Positions 49,375 to 59,594 of a stretch of 64,000 nucleotides of DNA are shown here, piece by piece; the stretch's first letter is position 1, and each line of letters starts with the position of its first letter. The notes below the pieces were generated by a model that did no database searches, had not been told where the DNA came from, and saw only the letters and a program-made list of their open reading frames with translations. Both the position numbers and the translations under genes were made by a program. The DNA is from Candidatus Poribacteria bacterium (GTDB lineage: Bacteria; Poribacteria; WGA-4E; WGA-3G): assembly GCA_965198235.1 (NCBI GenBank), contig OZ240248.1, forward strand, positions 1,440,001 through 1,504,000. Direction: 5' to 3'.

Positions 49375-49789
49375 GCCCTTGGCGAGAGCGCGAAAACCCA
49401 ACCAACGGGCCGGGTTGGATATACGGAAAGGATCGTTCTTGAGACAACCCGCCTAACTGAACCGCAAGGGAAATTAAAAAAAGTGGAGATGCCAAAAGGA
49501 GTTATCGGCTGTCAACTATTAGCCATGAGCCTTTGGCGAGAGCGCGGAAACCCAACCAACGGGCCGGGTTGGATATACGGAAAGGATCGTTCTTGAGACA
49601 ACTTGCCTAACCGAACCGCAAGGGAAATTAAAAAAAGTGGAGATGCCAAAAGAAGTTATCGGCTGTCAACTATTAGCCATGAGCCTTTGGCGAGAGCGCG
49701 AAAACCCAACCAACGGGCCGGGTTGGATATACGGAAAGGATCGTTCTTGAGACAACCCGCCTGACCGAACCGCAAGGAAAATTAAAAAG
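49375..49789 (+). repeat. about 2.7 x 154-bp tandem units containing the GAACCGCAAGG element
   Basis: ggcgagagcgcg starts at 49381, 49535 and 49689; the last unit ends at ATG 49790. Confidence 0.95.
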
Positions 49790-50854
49790 ATGGAAAAAAT
49801 TCGACTTGGTTATATTGGCTGTGGGTTCATGGCACAGAAGGTCCACATCCCAAATTTTACGAGCATCCCGGACTGTGAACTCATCGGGCTCGCAGAGGTA
49901 CGTACTGCGCTCGGGAAAAAAGTCCAAAGCCGTTTCAGTATTCCCCAACTTTACCGGGACCACGGTGAACTTGCACAAAACGCCGATATTGAAGCAGTTG
50001 CGGTATCTGCTGACTTCGCATTGCAAGGTGAAATCGCGAAGGATCTCCTTTTAGCAGGTAAGCACGTCTTCATGGAGAAACCCATGGCTGTCTCCGTTGA
50101 ACAAGCCGAGGCTATTGTGGCGGCATCACAAAAGTCTGGCAAAAAGTTGATGGTCGGCTACATGAAACGCTATGATGCCGGAAACGAGATCGTCAAAGCA
50201 AAAGTCACTCAATTCCGAGAAACGGGTGAACTCGGACGCTTGACGTATGCCCGAAATCACGGATTCGGTGGGGATTGGGTGTGTAATCTCGATACTCACA
50301 TGGATGGGACAACAGAAACAAAACCGAGCGCGCCTGTCAAAACCCCAGAGTGGATACCCGAACAGTGGCGCGGCTCTTATTTGGGATACCTACAACAGTA
50401 TACGCACAATATCAATCTGATGCGTTGGTTTCTTGATGCTGGCGACAAAGTGAGCATCAGAGTCGTTGATTTGGACGCGAACGGATATTCTGGTGTTGTT
50501 ATCTTCGATATGGATGGCATCCGTGTAACGTTAGAAACTGGACATGTCTCTCATTACCGCTGGGATGAGCATAGTCAAATCTACTTTGAGAACGGATGGG
50601 TTCATACGTGGGCACCGCCGTTGCTCTTGAAAAACACGCCTGCAGAGGTCGAAGTCTACCGCGCCGGAGAAGAACAAGAAATCACCCGTCCGATTCCGAG
50701 ACCGAGTTGGACCTGGGCATATCACAGAGAGGCGGAGTATTTTGTAGCGAACGTTCGCAACGATGAACCCTTCCGCTCTTCAGCCGAAGATACACTCACA
50801 GATGTCAGACTTTTTGAGGACATCTACCGGATCTTCATCGAACAGCAAAAATAG
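49790..50854 (+). CDS. Gfo/Idh/MocA oxidoreductase
   Basis: IGCGFMA, GKHVFMEKPMA, VGYMKRYD. Confidence 0.92.
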   Translation: MEKIRLGYIGCGFMAQKVHIPNFTSIPDCELIGLAEVRTALGKKVQSRFSIPQLYRDHGELAQNADIEAVAVSADFALQGEIAKDLLLAGKHVFMEKPMAVSVEQAEAIVAASQKSGKKLMVGYMKRYDAGNEIVKAKVTQFRETGELGRLTYARNHGFGGDWVCNLDTHMDGTTETKPSAPVKTPEWIPEQWRGSYLGYLQQYTHNINLMRWFLDAGDKVSIRVVDLDANGYSGVVIFDMDGIRVTLETGHVSHYRWDEHSQIYFENGWVHTWAPPLLLKNTPAEVEVYRAGEEQEITRPIPRPSWTWAYHREAEYFVANVRNDEPFRSSAEDTLTDVRLFEDIYRIFIEQQK

Positions 50855-51024
50855 TTATGGATTATCAGTTATCGGTTACTAAAGTTTGGGCAATTTGGAT
50901 GATATTCTTGCGGACTTATCAAGGTGTGATGCCTGCTCTAACTCAAAAACCTATTTAATATCCTGCGTTTTTATTTTTTTACAGACATCTGGCAGAAAAA
51001 GGTGTTTCGATGGCAGCAAAGGGC

Positions 51025-51100
51025 AGCCCCAGCGGGGCGGCATGTGTATAGAAATGCTGTCTGCCCCAAGAATAAAGCCCCAGCGGGGCGGCATGTGTAT
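51025..51100. repeat. 25-bp direct repeat agccccagcggggcggcatgtgtat x2 (hairpin-containing)
   Basis: Copies at 51025 and 51076, between convergent genes. Confidence 0.75.
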
Positions 51101-51274
51101 CTAAAAATCTTAGATCAATGTCCAAAGTATTTCCGTTGAATCGGACCCATCACACGAGAACCCTTAAAAAATTGTCCAAAGTTTAGTATCAATTAAAGAG
51201 GTCTCGGTTAAACAACAGCGTTTTTCACTTGGATAGAAGCCACCTCTTAACTGAAAACTAGTAACTGGAAACCC

Positions 51275-53596
51275 TCATTTGCGCAGTAAAATTTCCGTTT
51301 CATTAATGTTCACCGCGAGTTCATAGTTCGCCTGCAAGTATGCCGCGATCAGCGGATGCCGTTCCTCGACGGGGATATCGTCAACAGCGTCGAACCAACC
51401 TCCCGTTTTAAAGATCACTAAACGTGTTTTGTCCTTTTCGAGGGCTGAGATAACCTCCTGCTGCATTGCCGGTGTCGATGCGTATGAGGCTTGATGGAAT
51501 CGGGTAACGCTCAGTCGGTCTGCGAAGAAGTAGTAGGCACCCTGACTCGTAAAATCGAAAATCTTTTCGTTCTGTGCTGTATTTTCCTGAATATAAGCGA
51601 CTACCTTTTGAACCTGTTCAACTTGATCGTCCGGGATGTCCACCTTTCCTGCGCGTGCTAATTCCTGCGTTACAACGCCTTGTTTGAACGGATTCTGACG
51701 CAACCTTTGCCATTTCTCACGAAAACCTACCAACGGCTGATGGGCTTCCCCAACATACCAACAGAATATTGCTGTCGGAATCAGCACCCACGCTGCCTTC
51801 AATGCGGACTGCCAATGTCCGCCGCCTCTTAAAAACGATAGACCCGCACGGAACATTCTGAAAATGCCTCTCTCTAACGGAAATAGACAGAGCAGCCATA
51901 AAAAGGTTGCACCGTAAATCAGATGTCCGCCATCTGAACGTCCCAATGCAGTTCGGAAGAATGCGATGCCACCGAGCAATAGAAGTAGAAATTTCATCGC
52001 GTTCGGTTCCGACGCAGTACCACATAAGCACCGATATGTCAGGTAAGCTGCGACAATCAGAAAAATACAAACGGGCAGATACCATCGAAATCCTTCGTTG
52101 AAGACGAAAGCGTGCCAACCCTCTGTTGACAATAGGGCAAGTGTTTCGGATAGAGATGGAAAAGCGAGTCCCCATGTTATGAGTTGATAGCGACACTGGA
52201 TATAGGAATTCCAAATTACATCATCCAAGGCACCGTGCAATAGAAAATAGATACCTACCGAGAGAAAGCCTAACAACACTCCGCTGCCATAACTGATTAA
52301 GGGTAGCAGATATTCTTTTTTATTTTTTTCCCGCTGGCTTCGCCTGCTTCCACTCTCTGTTCCAAAGCCGCCTTGGAACACATATATAACCAGGAACAAT
52401 CCGATGGCACCCAGCGTATAGAGCCCGATTTCAGTGCTATACCAGAACGCTAAACTCGTGAAGAGTCCAGCGAGGAGCAACTTCCATACAAATGTAGGGA
52501 CCTTGTTCGTGCGAGTCCTTTGGAAGTGCGTAAGGGAATTCGCTACGAAGGCGAAACTAATTAAGCCGAGGCTATGCCTCGGAGATACCCAAAATTCCGT
52601 TCCAGAGGCAATAAGCACACAGATAAAGGCAGTAAAGAATCTACCACGGAATACTTGCAAACCGAGCAGGTAGAGCGCGATATAGCCAAGCGGATCTAAT
52701 ACATCTTCCATTGAACGCACACCGAACAGGGTCGGTTCAAAGAGTTGACTACCAAACCATGCCAAGTAAGCGTTTTGAAAAAGTCCGTGCTGGATATAGA
52801 TGTCACGAAACGGCACCCCGCCGTGCAGCATTTCATTGAGAGGGACGAGCCGCTCGCCTTCGTGGAATAAATCTATTTTACCGTGGATGTCTCCAGAGTA
52901 GGTAAGGAGATAGATGAAAATCGGGAGGATAATGTATTCAAGTCCACCGCGCCAAACCTTTGTGGTTCTATAGCTTCCAGAAGCGGAGGCACTGTCCTTT
53001 TCGCTGGAAAGGTTTGCCGCGTTTTCGCTGGCGAGGTTTGGAACCTCGCCCGTGCTAGAAGTCCATAGCCCTGGGAAGTACCGCTTATACAGCAACACCA
53101 ATTTGAACAAAATGGATAAACTAATCGGTAGGAGTAAGCCTGTTAGCATGCCCTGACCGATGTGGTAGACCTGTAACCAACAGAGCCACAACGGGATGGA
53201 TGCCAATACGTTTGCTTTCAGGACACGCTGTATCGGTTGGGCGGTTCGTTCAGCGCACCAGCGCGAATAGATACACCACGCGAGCCAGTACAGATATATT
53301 GCCGCTGGGATGCCAAGCAGTGCCAACAGATAGTAAAAGTATTCCTGTTGTTTCGGATACGCATTAACACTGAGCCAGCCGACGACACCGGAATTCGAGC
53401 GGTATTCAAAAACAAGATTTCTGCTGAGGGTTACCCCGATGGCGATTGCGAGGGAAGCGGCGGAAAACGTAAGAAGTCCAACGTAGGACCTGAAGGCATG
53501 GGCTTTGACAACGCGCATGTCCGGCATAAATTGCTGGCATTTGTAGAGCAAGTTTTGGTTTGCAAGCTGCACCAAAAGAACTCGCAAGCGTTGCAT
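51275..53596 (-). CDS. large multi-pass membrane protein (possibly GT-C-type glycosyltransferase-like)
   Basis: More than 12 hydrophobic helices; DLFHEGE...GGVPFRD...HG loop; soluble C-terminal domain. Confidence 0.55.
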   Translation of the reverse strand: MQRLRVLLVQLANQNLLYKCQQFMPDMRVVKAHAFRSYVGLLTFSAASLAIAIGVTLSRNLVFEYRSNSGVVGWLSVNAYPKQQEYFYYLLALLGIPAAIYLYWLAWCIYSRWCAERTAQPIQRVLKANVLASIPLWLCWLQVYHIGQGMLTGLLLPISLSILFKLVLLYKRYFPGLWTSSTGEVPNLASENAANLSSEKDSASASGSYRTTKVWRGGLEYIILPIFIYLLTYSGDIHGKIDLFHEGERLVPLNEMLHGGVPFRDIYIQHGLFQNAYLAWFGSQLFEPTLFGVRSMEDVLDPLGYIALYLLGLQVFRGRFFTAFICVLIASGTEFWVSPRHSLGLISFAFVANSLTHFQRTRTNKVPTFVWKLLLAGLFTSLAFWYSTEIGLYTLGAIGLFLVIYVFQGGFGTESGSRRSQREKNKKEYLLPLISYGSGVLLGFLSVGIYFLLHGALDDVIWNSYIQCRYQLITWGLAFPSLSETLALLSTEGWHAFVFNEGFRWYLPVCIFLIVAAYLTYRCLCGTASEPNAMKFLLLLLGGIAFFRTALGRSDGGHLIYGATFLWLLCLFPLERGIFRMFRAGLSFLRGGGHWQSALKAAWVLIPTAIFCWYVGEAHQPLVGFREKWQRLRQNPFKQGVVTQELARAGKVDIPDDQVEQVQKVVAYIQENTAQNEKIFDFTSQGAYYFFADRLSVTRFHQASYASTPAMQQEVISALEKDKTRLVIFKTGGWFDAVDDIPVEERHPLIAAYLQANYELAVNINETEILLRK

Positions 53597-53643
53597 GGTT
53601 CTCGCCTCAAGGAAGGTCGTGATGGAAAATCGCTTCTACCGTG

Positions 53644-54108
53644 TTAGGTTTCCCCAAGCGGGCCGTCAACCTCAATAAAATCTTTCGCTGTTGCATCCCA
53701 GGCGAAAGCCTTCACCGCGCGTATTTCGGTGTCGTAAACTGAGATAACCAAATATATGGCTTCCGGATAAGCGGGTTCACCCCATACGGTTGCATCTGCC
53801 TTGTCTTTTTCGGAGAAGTACGCCTTGTGGTTTGGGTGTGAGTGGTAGAACGCCTTAATCTGCCGTTGCTGTGTATCAGCCTCTTTGTGAACGGCGATTA
53901 AATCGTCAGGGTGTATGACGTACGCTGTGCGGGCATCGCGCGGATATGTGTCAGGATCTTCCTGATGCAATTCGTTCTGTATGTTCCGGCATTTCCGGAC
54001 AAATTCTTGTGCCTCAGCTCCCAAAATGACACCACAGCATTCATTGGGAAACTCCGATTTCGCGTGGTCACAAATCGCGCTGAGGATTTCTGGTTTCAAA
54101 GTTAACAT
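53644..54108 (-). CDS. JAMM/MPN+ metallopeptidase (Mec-like)
   Basis: PNECCG; YHSHP...FSEKD (HxH-x7-S-x2-D). Confidence 0.9.
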   Translation of the reverse strand: MLTLKPEILSAICDHAKSEFPNECCGVILGAEAQEFVRKCRNIQNELHQEDPDTYPRDARTAYVIHPDDLIAVHKEADTQQRQIKAFYHSHPNHKAYFSEKDKADATVWGEPAYPEAIYLVISVYDTEIRAVKAFAWDATAKDFIEVDGPLGET

Positions 54109-54250
54109 TTTTTAACGATTATGTCTGAACGGGGTGTCTGCTGTCCACCCCGTTCTAAAATTGTTAAGAAACTTACCTTGGGTTATGAAAGGTCCTTTAC
54201 TGATTTTATATCTGCAAGGGCATCGGACGCAGCAGCTCAGAAGCAGATAG

Positions 54251-54532
54251 TTAAAAAAGTCCGCCAGCGATCGCGGGAATAATTGAGATTTCAGCATCAT
54301 CACCGACAGCGGTTGTTTTTCCATCGAGGAAGCGGATATCTTCATCGTTGAGGTAGATATTTACAAACCGACGGATGTTTCCGCCTTCATCACAGAGACG
54401 CTCTTTCATCCCTGGATAGTTTACTTCAAGGTTATCAATAATGCCTTCAATATTGGCACCTTTTGCTTCAACCTCTGCCAAGTTTTGGGTCAAGCGTCTC
54501 AGCGGGGTTGGAATACGGACTGTTACAGACAT
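54251..54532 (-). CDS. MoaD/ThiS/CysO ubiquitin-like sulfur carrier with a GG-LF C-terminus
   Basis: VRIPTPLR, RRFVNIYLNDEDIRFL, IIPAIAGGLF; SD AAGGAG. Confidence 0.9.
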   Translation of the reverse strand: MSVTVRIPTPLRRLTQNLAEVEAKGANIEGIIDNLEVNYPGMKERLCDEGGNIRRFVNIYLNDEDIRFLDGKTTAVGDDAEISIIPAIAGGLF

Positions 54533-54645
54533 GAAATATATTTTCTCCTTTCTGAGTGGCATTCTCAGCAGTCAGAAACCTTCAGCCAGCGAAGGAGGAG
54601 GACTTCCGTTTTCAGCTGGAGTCTCTTGTTGACGGCTGATAGCCT

Positions 54646-55452
54646 TTAAATTGAGTAATGCAATCCACACTCTTTGGTGTTTTCTTCTGTAGACGGCGCG
54701 TTCTGCCAACGCCACCGTCCCGCACGCTTCGGTTCTCCCGGCTTTATTGGTGTTGTGCAGATGATGCACCCCAGTGATTCATAATACTGACCCTGGGTAT
54801 CCGCTTCAAGCAATGGATTCACAGGAATTTCGTTCTCACGGACAAACTGCCACACCTCGTCAGTTGTCCACTGAATAAGTGGACTGACCTTAAGCACCGG
54901 ATGTGTCGTTGAGGATATGATTTCCGATCTTCGGAGTTGTTGTCTCGCATCCGACTGATCTCGCCGTAAACCCGTTATCCAGACATCCAATGTTTCCAAG
55001 AGCCGTTGCATCGGACGAACTTTTCGGATGTGACAACAGTATTCCTGCTTCGCTTTACTGTCAAAAAACAGATATTCGCCATGCTCTGTCACTATCTGAT
55101 GTACTTCTTGCGGATCAGGCTGAATCTGTTCAATCTGGATACCGTAACGCGCTTCCACTTCTTCAAGGAAGGTGTACGTTTCGGGGAAGAGTCGAAGCGT
55201 ATCAAGCGTACAGACCCGGAACGGCAATTGGTTTTCAGCAGCCAAGTGAATCAACACCATACCCGAAAGTTGTCCGCTTGTGACAATGGCGGCGCGCTCG
55301 TTGAATCGCTTAAACAGAGAGAAAAGAATTTCTTGGGGATCCTCCGTCAAGGCAATTTCTTGACAGAGAGCGTGATCTACTGAATAGTTCAATTCTTCGT
55401 CAATTGGCTTCTCGATGATTGCCAATCCTTTTTGGCGCAGCTTGCAAGCCAA
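54646..55452 (-). CDS. cysH: APS/PAPS reductase (4Fe-4S type); start uncertain
   Basis: LDT..LFPETY, CCHIRKV, WITGLRRDQ, SLGCIICT, GRWRW, ECGLH. Confidence 0.9.
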   Translation of the reverse strand: MACKLRQKGLAIIEKPIDEELNYSVDHALCQEIALTEDPQEILFSLFKRFNERAAIVTSGQLSGMVLIHLAAENQLPFRVCTLDTLRLFPETYTFLEEVEARYGIQIEQIQPDPQEVHQIVTEHGEYLFFDSKAKQEYCCHIRKVRPMQRLLETLDVWITGLRRDQSDARQQLRRSEIISSTTHPVLKVSPLIQWTTDEVWQFVRENEIPVNPLLEADTQGQYYESLGCIICTTPIKPGEPKRAGRWRWQNAPSTEENTKECGLHYSI

Positions 55453-55520
55453 AACTTGCTCTACGAAAGAAGTGTAGGGAATCGAGGCACACAGCTGGGT
55501 TTCCCTACAGTTGGGACAGT

Positions 55521-56471
55521 TTAAGGGAGTGCCTCCATGATGTCCGATTCGATTTCAAAGTAACGACTCAAACTGAAATAACGTTCCCCTGTGTCGGGGA
55601 GAATAGTAACGACAGTTTTATCCGGTCCTTGGTCTTTGGCAATCTGTAAGGCAGCGTACACATTCGCGCCCGACGACATACCGACTAACAAACCCTCGCT
55701 CGTTGCAATTAATTTCATCGTTTGATAAGCTGCTTCCTCGGAGACCGTGATGACTTCATCAATGACATCTACATTGAGCACTTCGGGGATCATTCCCGCA
55801 CCAAGACCATCGATTCGCGTCGGATTCGGAGGACCACCGGAAAGCACGGCTGAAACCCGCGGTTCCACTGCGACAACTTTCACATGCGGGCATTCTGTCT
55901 TCAACACTTCCCCAACGCCTGTCAATGTACCACCTGTTCCAACCCCCGTAACGAAAAAATCGATGTCGCTACCGATTGATTTGAGAATTTCGACTGCAGT
56001 CGTACGCCGGTGGATCTCTGGGTTCGCCGGGTTCGTGAACTGGTTCGGCATATAGTGCCGCGAGTGCCGTCTGACAATCTCTTCTGCCTCCCAAATGGCA
56101 CTTGCCATACCACTGTGTTCTGGCGTTAGCACAATTTTCGCACCGAAGGCGGAGAGGAGTTCGTATTTCTCACGACTGACGTTTTCTGGCATCGTCAAAG
56201 TGACAGGATAGCCTTTCGCTATACCGACGATAGAGAGTCCTAAACCCGTGTTGCCAGCTGTAGGTTCAACGATAGTATCGCCTTTTCTAAGGAGGCCGCG
56301 TTCTTCGGCATCAACTACCATCGCATAACTAATCCGGTCCTTGATACTGCCACCGGGGTTGTAGGCTTCCAATTTCGCGAAAATAGTCGCATCATCCTTA
56401 CCGGACAAGGCATTCAGACGGATCGTTGGTGTATTCCCGATGAGGTCAGTCAGATTTTTAGCGATTCTCAT
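55521..56471 (-). CDS. cysK: cysteine synthase (CysK/CysM family)
   Basis: NPGGSIKDR (PLP lysine), EPTAGNTG, GVGTGGT, DTGERY. Confidence 0.93.
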   Translation of the reverse strand: MRIAKNLTDLIGNTPTIRLNALSGKDDATIFAKLEAYNPGGSIKDRISYAMVVDAEERGLLRKGDTIVEPTAGNTGLGLSIVGIAKGYPVTLTMPENVSREKYELLSAFGAKIVLTPEHSGMASAIWEAEEIVRRHSRHYMPNQFTNPANPEIHRRTTAVEILKSIGSDIDFFVTGVGTGGTLTGVGEVLKTECPHVKVVAVEPRVSAVLSGGPPNPTRIDGLGAGMIPEVLNVDVIDEVITVSEEAAYQTMKLIATSEGLLVGMSSGANVYAALQIAKDQGPDKTVVTILPDTGERYFSLSRYFEIESDIMEALP

Positions 56472-56551
56472 TTTTCAGGCACATAACAATACACGATACC
56501 GCTGCCACATCCCTATTTTAAGCGTAATTACCTTAAAAAATTCCACTTTAA

Positions 56552-56580
56552 AGTATAACATATACACAGCAAAAAGTCAA
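56552..56580 (-). promoter_or_regulatory. sigma70 promoter of the sulfur operon
   Basis: Minus strand TTGACT-N17-TATACT with TGn extension. Confidence 0.65.
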
Positions 56581-56652
56581 ATTTTTCACAGACGGAACAG
56601 GACAATCTGTTTTCGGATATGCGCTATAACGGGGCGTTATTTTTGTCCTTTC

Positions 56653-57459
56653 TTACTTCTGATTTTCACGCCATTTCGCAAAGTCTGCCTCGATCTCCTC
56701 CGACCATTTCCGATCTATTTCGCCTGGCGTGTACACACCTTCGCGTAGCCGTTGATGCCCGAACCGATCTCGGAGCGCCACCTCTTCGCCTTGCTCAACG
56801 ACCTGTTGCACGAAGTGCGGTGGAATAAAAATGACCCCGCCACGCCGCCCTAAAACCACATCTCCCGGTAAAACTGTCGCTTCCGCGATACGAATAGGGA
56901 TATTGATACCGGTAAGTGTGACGTTCGCAATGCCTGTTGGATCTACACCCCGCACGAACGTCGCGAAATCAGGCAATTCGTAGATGCCATCCAGGTCCCG
57001 GATGCCACCCTCAATTACCACGCCTGTCCCTGTTTTCGCATAGATGGAATTGCCGAGATTATCACCAGCGAAGGTGCCGTCTTTAACTTTGCCAAAGAGG
57101 TCAACGACGATGACATCATCGCGGACGAGCGTATCGATCACCCATGAGTTTTGACCGCCGACACGTCCCTCTTTTTCACCTTGTGCAGAGATAGCATCGT
57201 TGAAGTCAGGACGGATCGGCACAAATGCACATGTCACTGCTCTACCGACAAGAATCCGATCGGGATGAAGATTCATCCAATCGCCAGCGAATTGAAACTT
57301 ATAGTTGTTACCATTCAGGACACCCCACGCCTGCTCGATACTAATAGCCTTCATCCGTTGAAGAATATCATCGGGGACGCGCGGTCGTCCATCAGGAAAC
57401 CGGTCGCCTTCCCATAAATGTGTCATCGCGAGGATGCTTTCTTTGTGGATAAGTTGCAT
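56653..57459 (-). CDS. RraA/HMG aldolase family protein
   Basis: GRAVT, VIVVD, GVVIEGGIRD, V.PGDVV.G..GV.FIP; start MQLIH after GAAGG. Confidence 0.85.
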   Translation of the reverse strand: MQLIHKESILAMTHLWEGDRFPDGRPRVPDDILQRMKAISIEQAWGVLNGNNYKFQFAGDWMNLHPDRILVGRAVTCAFVPIRPDFNDAISAQGEKEGRVGGQNSWVIDTLVRDDVIVVDLFGKVKDGTFAGDNLGNSIYAKTGTGVVIEGGIRDLDGIYELPDFATFVRGVDPTGIANVTLTGINIPIRIAEATVLPGDVVLGRRGGVIFIPPHFVQQVVEQGEEVALRDRFGHQRLREGVYTPGEIDRKWSEEIEADFAKWRENQK

Positions 57460-57503
57460 ATCACGTTCCTTCTCTGAAACAACCTCGCGATACCGAGATT
57501 GTC

Positions 57504-57528
57504 GTAGGGGCGAGGTCACCTCGCCCTA
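57504..57528. repeat. REP-like GTAG hairpin GTAGGGGCGAGG-tca-CCTCGCCCTAC
   Basis: Near-perfect palindrome; related copy near 58607-58627. Confidence 0.7.
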
Positions 57529-57538
57529 CAGACCAGCC

Positions 57539-58393
57539 CTACAGACCAGCGTTTTCCCACACCTGATCCAGTGATTCCGCAGTAGCTTTCGCCGCGTCTG
57601 CGGGTTCCATGCCGTTCACCTTTTGGCTAAACGGTTCCGGGGTCACGGGTCCCTCATAGCCGATGTCCGTCAGGATTTGCATCAGTTCAGTAAGCGGGAT
57701 TACCCCGGTTTCGGCGGGAAGACACCTGATATTGTCGATCTGGTCATCTGGGTCAATGCCGGCAGGCGCATCGTTAATGTGGACGTAAACGACATCCGAT
57801 ACAGAGAGTTTGCGAACGTCGTCAGTCGTCGAACGGCAGGTGTACCAGTGCCATGTATCGAACAGCAGTCCTACGTTTCCTGTACCGACAGCGGCGGCAA
57901 GCCCTAACATCGCATCCATCGAATAGGCGAAGAGGTACTTGGAACCTGTGCGACTCGTTGCCGGTCCAATGAACTCAAGCCCGATGGAGTGTCCATGTTC
58001 TTTGAGAATCTCGGCGATAGGACGCAGCCGTTTGACAGAGAAATCCCAATTTTCCTGATACGTCATGTCGTTGGAAGCAGGTCCCACAACAGTGGTTGAC
58101 CGATAGCAACCGAGTTCTGCGGCGAGTGCTGCGCGTTCGGGCAGCTGCGCTAAACCGGCGTAGTAGTCAGCATCGGGACCACGCCAATTCACACCGAACC
58201 CCCATCCGCCCATAGCAACGCCTGCTTCTGACCAGAGGTCTTTGACGTATTGGGCAGAGTGTTCCTGTGCGAGTTGGTTGGCTTCGTCAATGTTCAGGTC
58301 GAGACCTTCAAAACCGGCATTTTTTGCTAACGTTAAGCCTTCTGTCATATTTGCCCGGATGCCGATTGCACCGGTACTCAGATTTTTAAACAT
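57539..58393 (-). CDS. sugar phosphate isomerase/epimerase (xylose isomerase-like TIM barrel)
   Basis: GLEF, LLFDTWH, VHINDA, R.LP..G.I, EPF metal ligands. Confidence 0.88.
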   Translation of the reverse strand: MFKNLSTGAIGIRANMTEGLTLAKNAGFEGLDLNIDEANQLAQEHSAQYVKDLWSEAGVAMGGWGFGVNWRGPDADYYAGLAQLPERAALAAELGCYRSTTVVGPASNDMTYQENWDFSVKRLRPIAEILKEHGHSIGLEFIGPATSRTGSKYLFAYSMDAMLGLAAAVGTGNVGLLFDTWHWYTCRSTTDDVRKLSVSDVVYVHINDAPAGIDPDDQIDNIRCLPAETGVIPLTELMQILTDIGYEGPVTPEPFSQKVNGMEPADAAKATAESLDQVWENAGL

Positions 58394-58630
58394 ATTTTAA
58401 TTTTTCCTTGCGGATAAGTCATGGCATCCGCGAGTTTAACGGCTTGTGTGTTCGAGTCGCCCGCGCCGTTGTTGCGGGCTTGCGGTTCGATTGTAGGGAA
58501 AAACTGGACAGATGCTCAAACCCATTTTTGATTTACCTTGCGGATAAGTAACACTGTCTGGCTATTGGCGTTTTCCGTGTTCGAGTCGTCTGCACCATTG
58601 TTGCAGGCGAGGTAACCTCGCCCCTACGAT
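58394..58630 (-). repeat. cluster of CCGCAAGG-family element variants
   Basis: ccttgcggataagt occurs twice (near 58406 and 58537); the first abuts the start codon through aaggaaaaattaaaat-ATG. Confidence 0.7.
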
Positions 58631-58880
58631 TCTGATGCTGTGCCGTACATATCCTTATTTCAGTCCCAACCTCAGCAGAAACCCGCTCGTAATGAAATGG
58701 AGAGCGGCCCAGGTGGCCATAGATTATAGTGAAACCCGAAAATAAGTGAATACTTGTAGGGGCCGGTCTTGTGCCTGCCCAAAACACTCGCTAACCTGGT
58801 CCTCCGTGTCCAAATAATTGTGGGCTTTACTATAAAAGCCTGCGCGTAAGCGTAGCGGAGCGCAGTTCAGAGGACCATAG

Positions 58881-59591
58881 TTAAAAAAACGATTTTTCGC
58901 CCCTTAAAACTTTCGCAGCAACAGCCCACGGATAATCGGTGTCTTCCGCGTTTGCGTCGCGATACGTGGGGATCCAGACCCAGCGTTCTTCGCCGGATGT
59001 GTTAGGATGGCTGGAATGAAGCGTCAAATCGTGGAAAAAGACGGCACCGCCTGCTTCAATCTCCGCTGTGAAGGCAAGACTTTCGTCAATTGCACCCGGA
59101 CGGAGTCGGTTCCCGAACCCGTGTCCGTCACTGGCATCGCCATCGTGAACAATGGCAGATTTATGGGAACCCGGAAAGAGTTTGAGACACCCGTTTTTAA
59201 CGGTCGCATCGTCAAGGGCGACCCAGATCGAGAGTTTGTGTGCCCCGTACCAATAGGACCAATCTTGGTGCCAGGGGCTAGCGAAGGTCGTCGTCTCGCT
59301 CTTAAAAACGACCTTATCGCTCAGGAACTCAATATCCGGCGCGAGGATACCTTCTAAAATATCGAGTATCCGTGCATCACCGACTGCGACTTGGAAGACC
59401 GGACTCCGTGCAGCTAAACCGACGTAAACACCGTGTCCAGCGACTGCACCTGTTTCTGCCTTAACAGCTTCCAGAATGTCAATACACTCTAATTTGAGCC
59501 GTTGGACTTCACTTCGCGAGAATAAATTTGGTGCGATAGCAAAACCGTCTCTTGAGAAATCGTCGCGGAGCGTTGTGAGGTCGAGGGTCAT
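58881..59591 (-). CDS. PhyH-family dioxygenase
   Basis: PWHQD, WVALDDAT..NGCL...PGSH, H..TLH.S.PN...R. Confidence 0.92.
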   Translation of the reverse strand: MTLDLTTLRDDFSRDGFAIAPNLFSRSEVQRLKLECIDILEAVKAETGAVAGHGVYVGLAARSPVFQVAVGDARILDILEGILAPDIEFLSDKVVFKSETTTFASPWHQDWSYWYGAHKLSIWVALDDATVKNGCLKLFPGSHKSAIVHDGDASDGHGFGNRLRPGAIDESLAFTAEIEAGGAVFFHDLTLHSSHPNTSGEERWVWIPTYRDANAEDTDYPWAVAAKVLRGEKSFF

Positions 59592-59594
59592 TTT

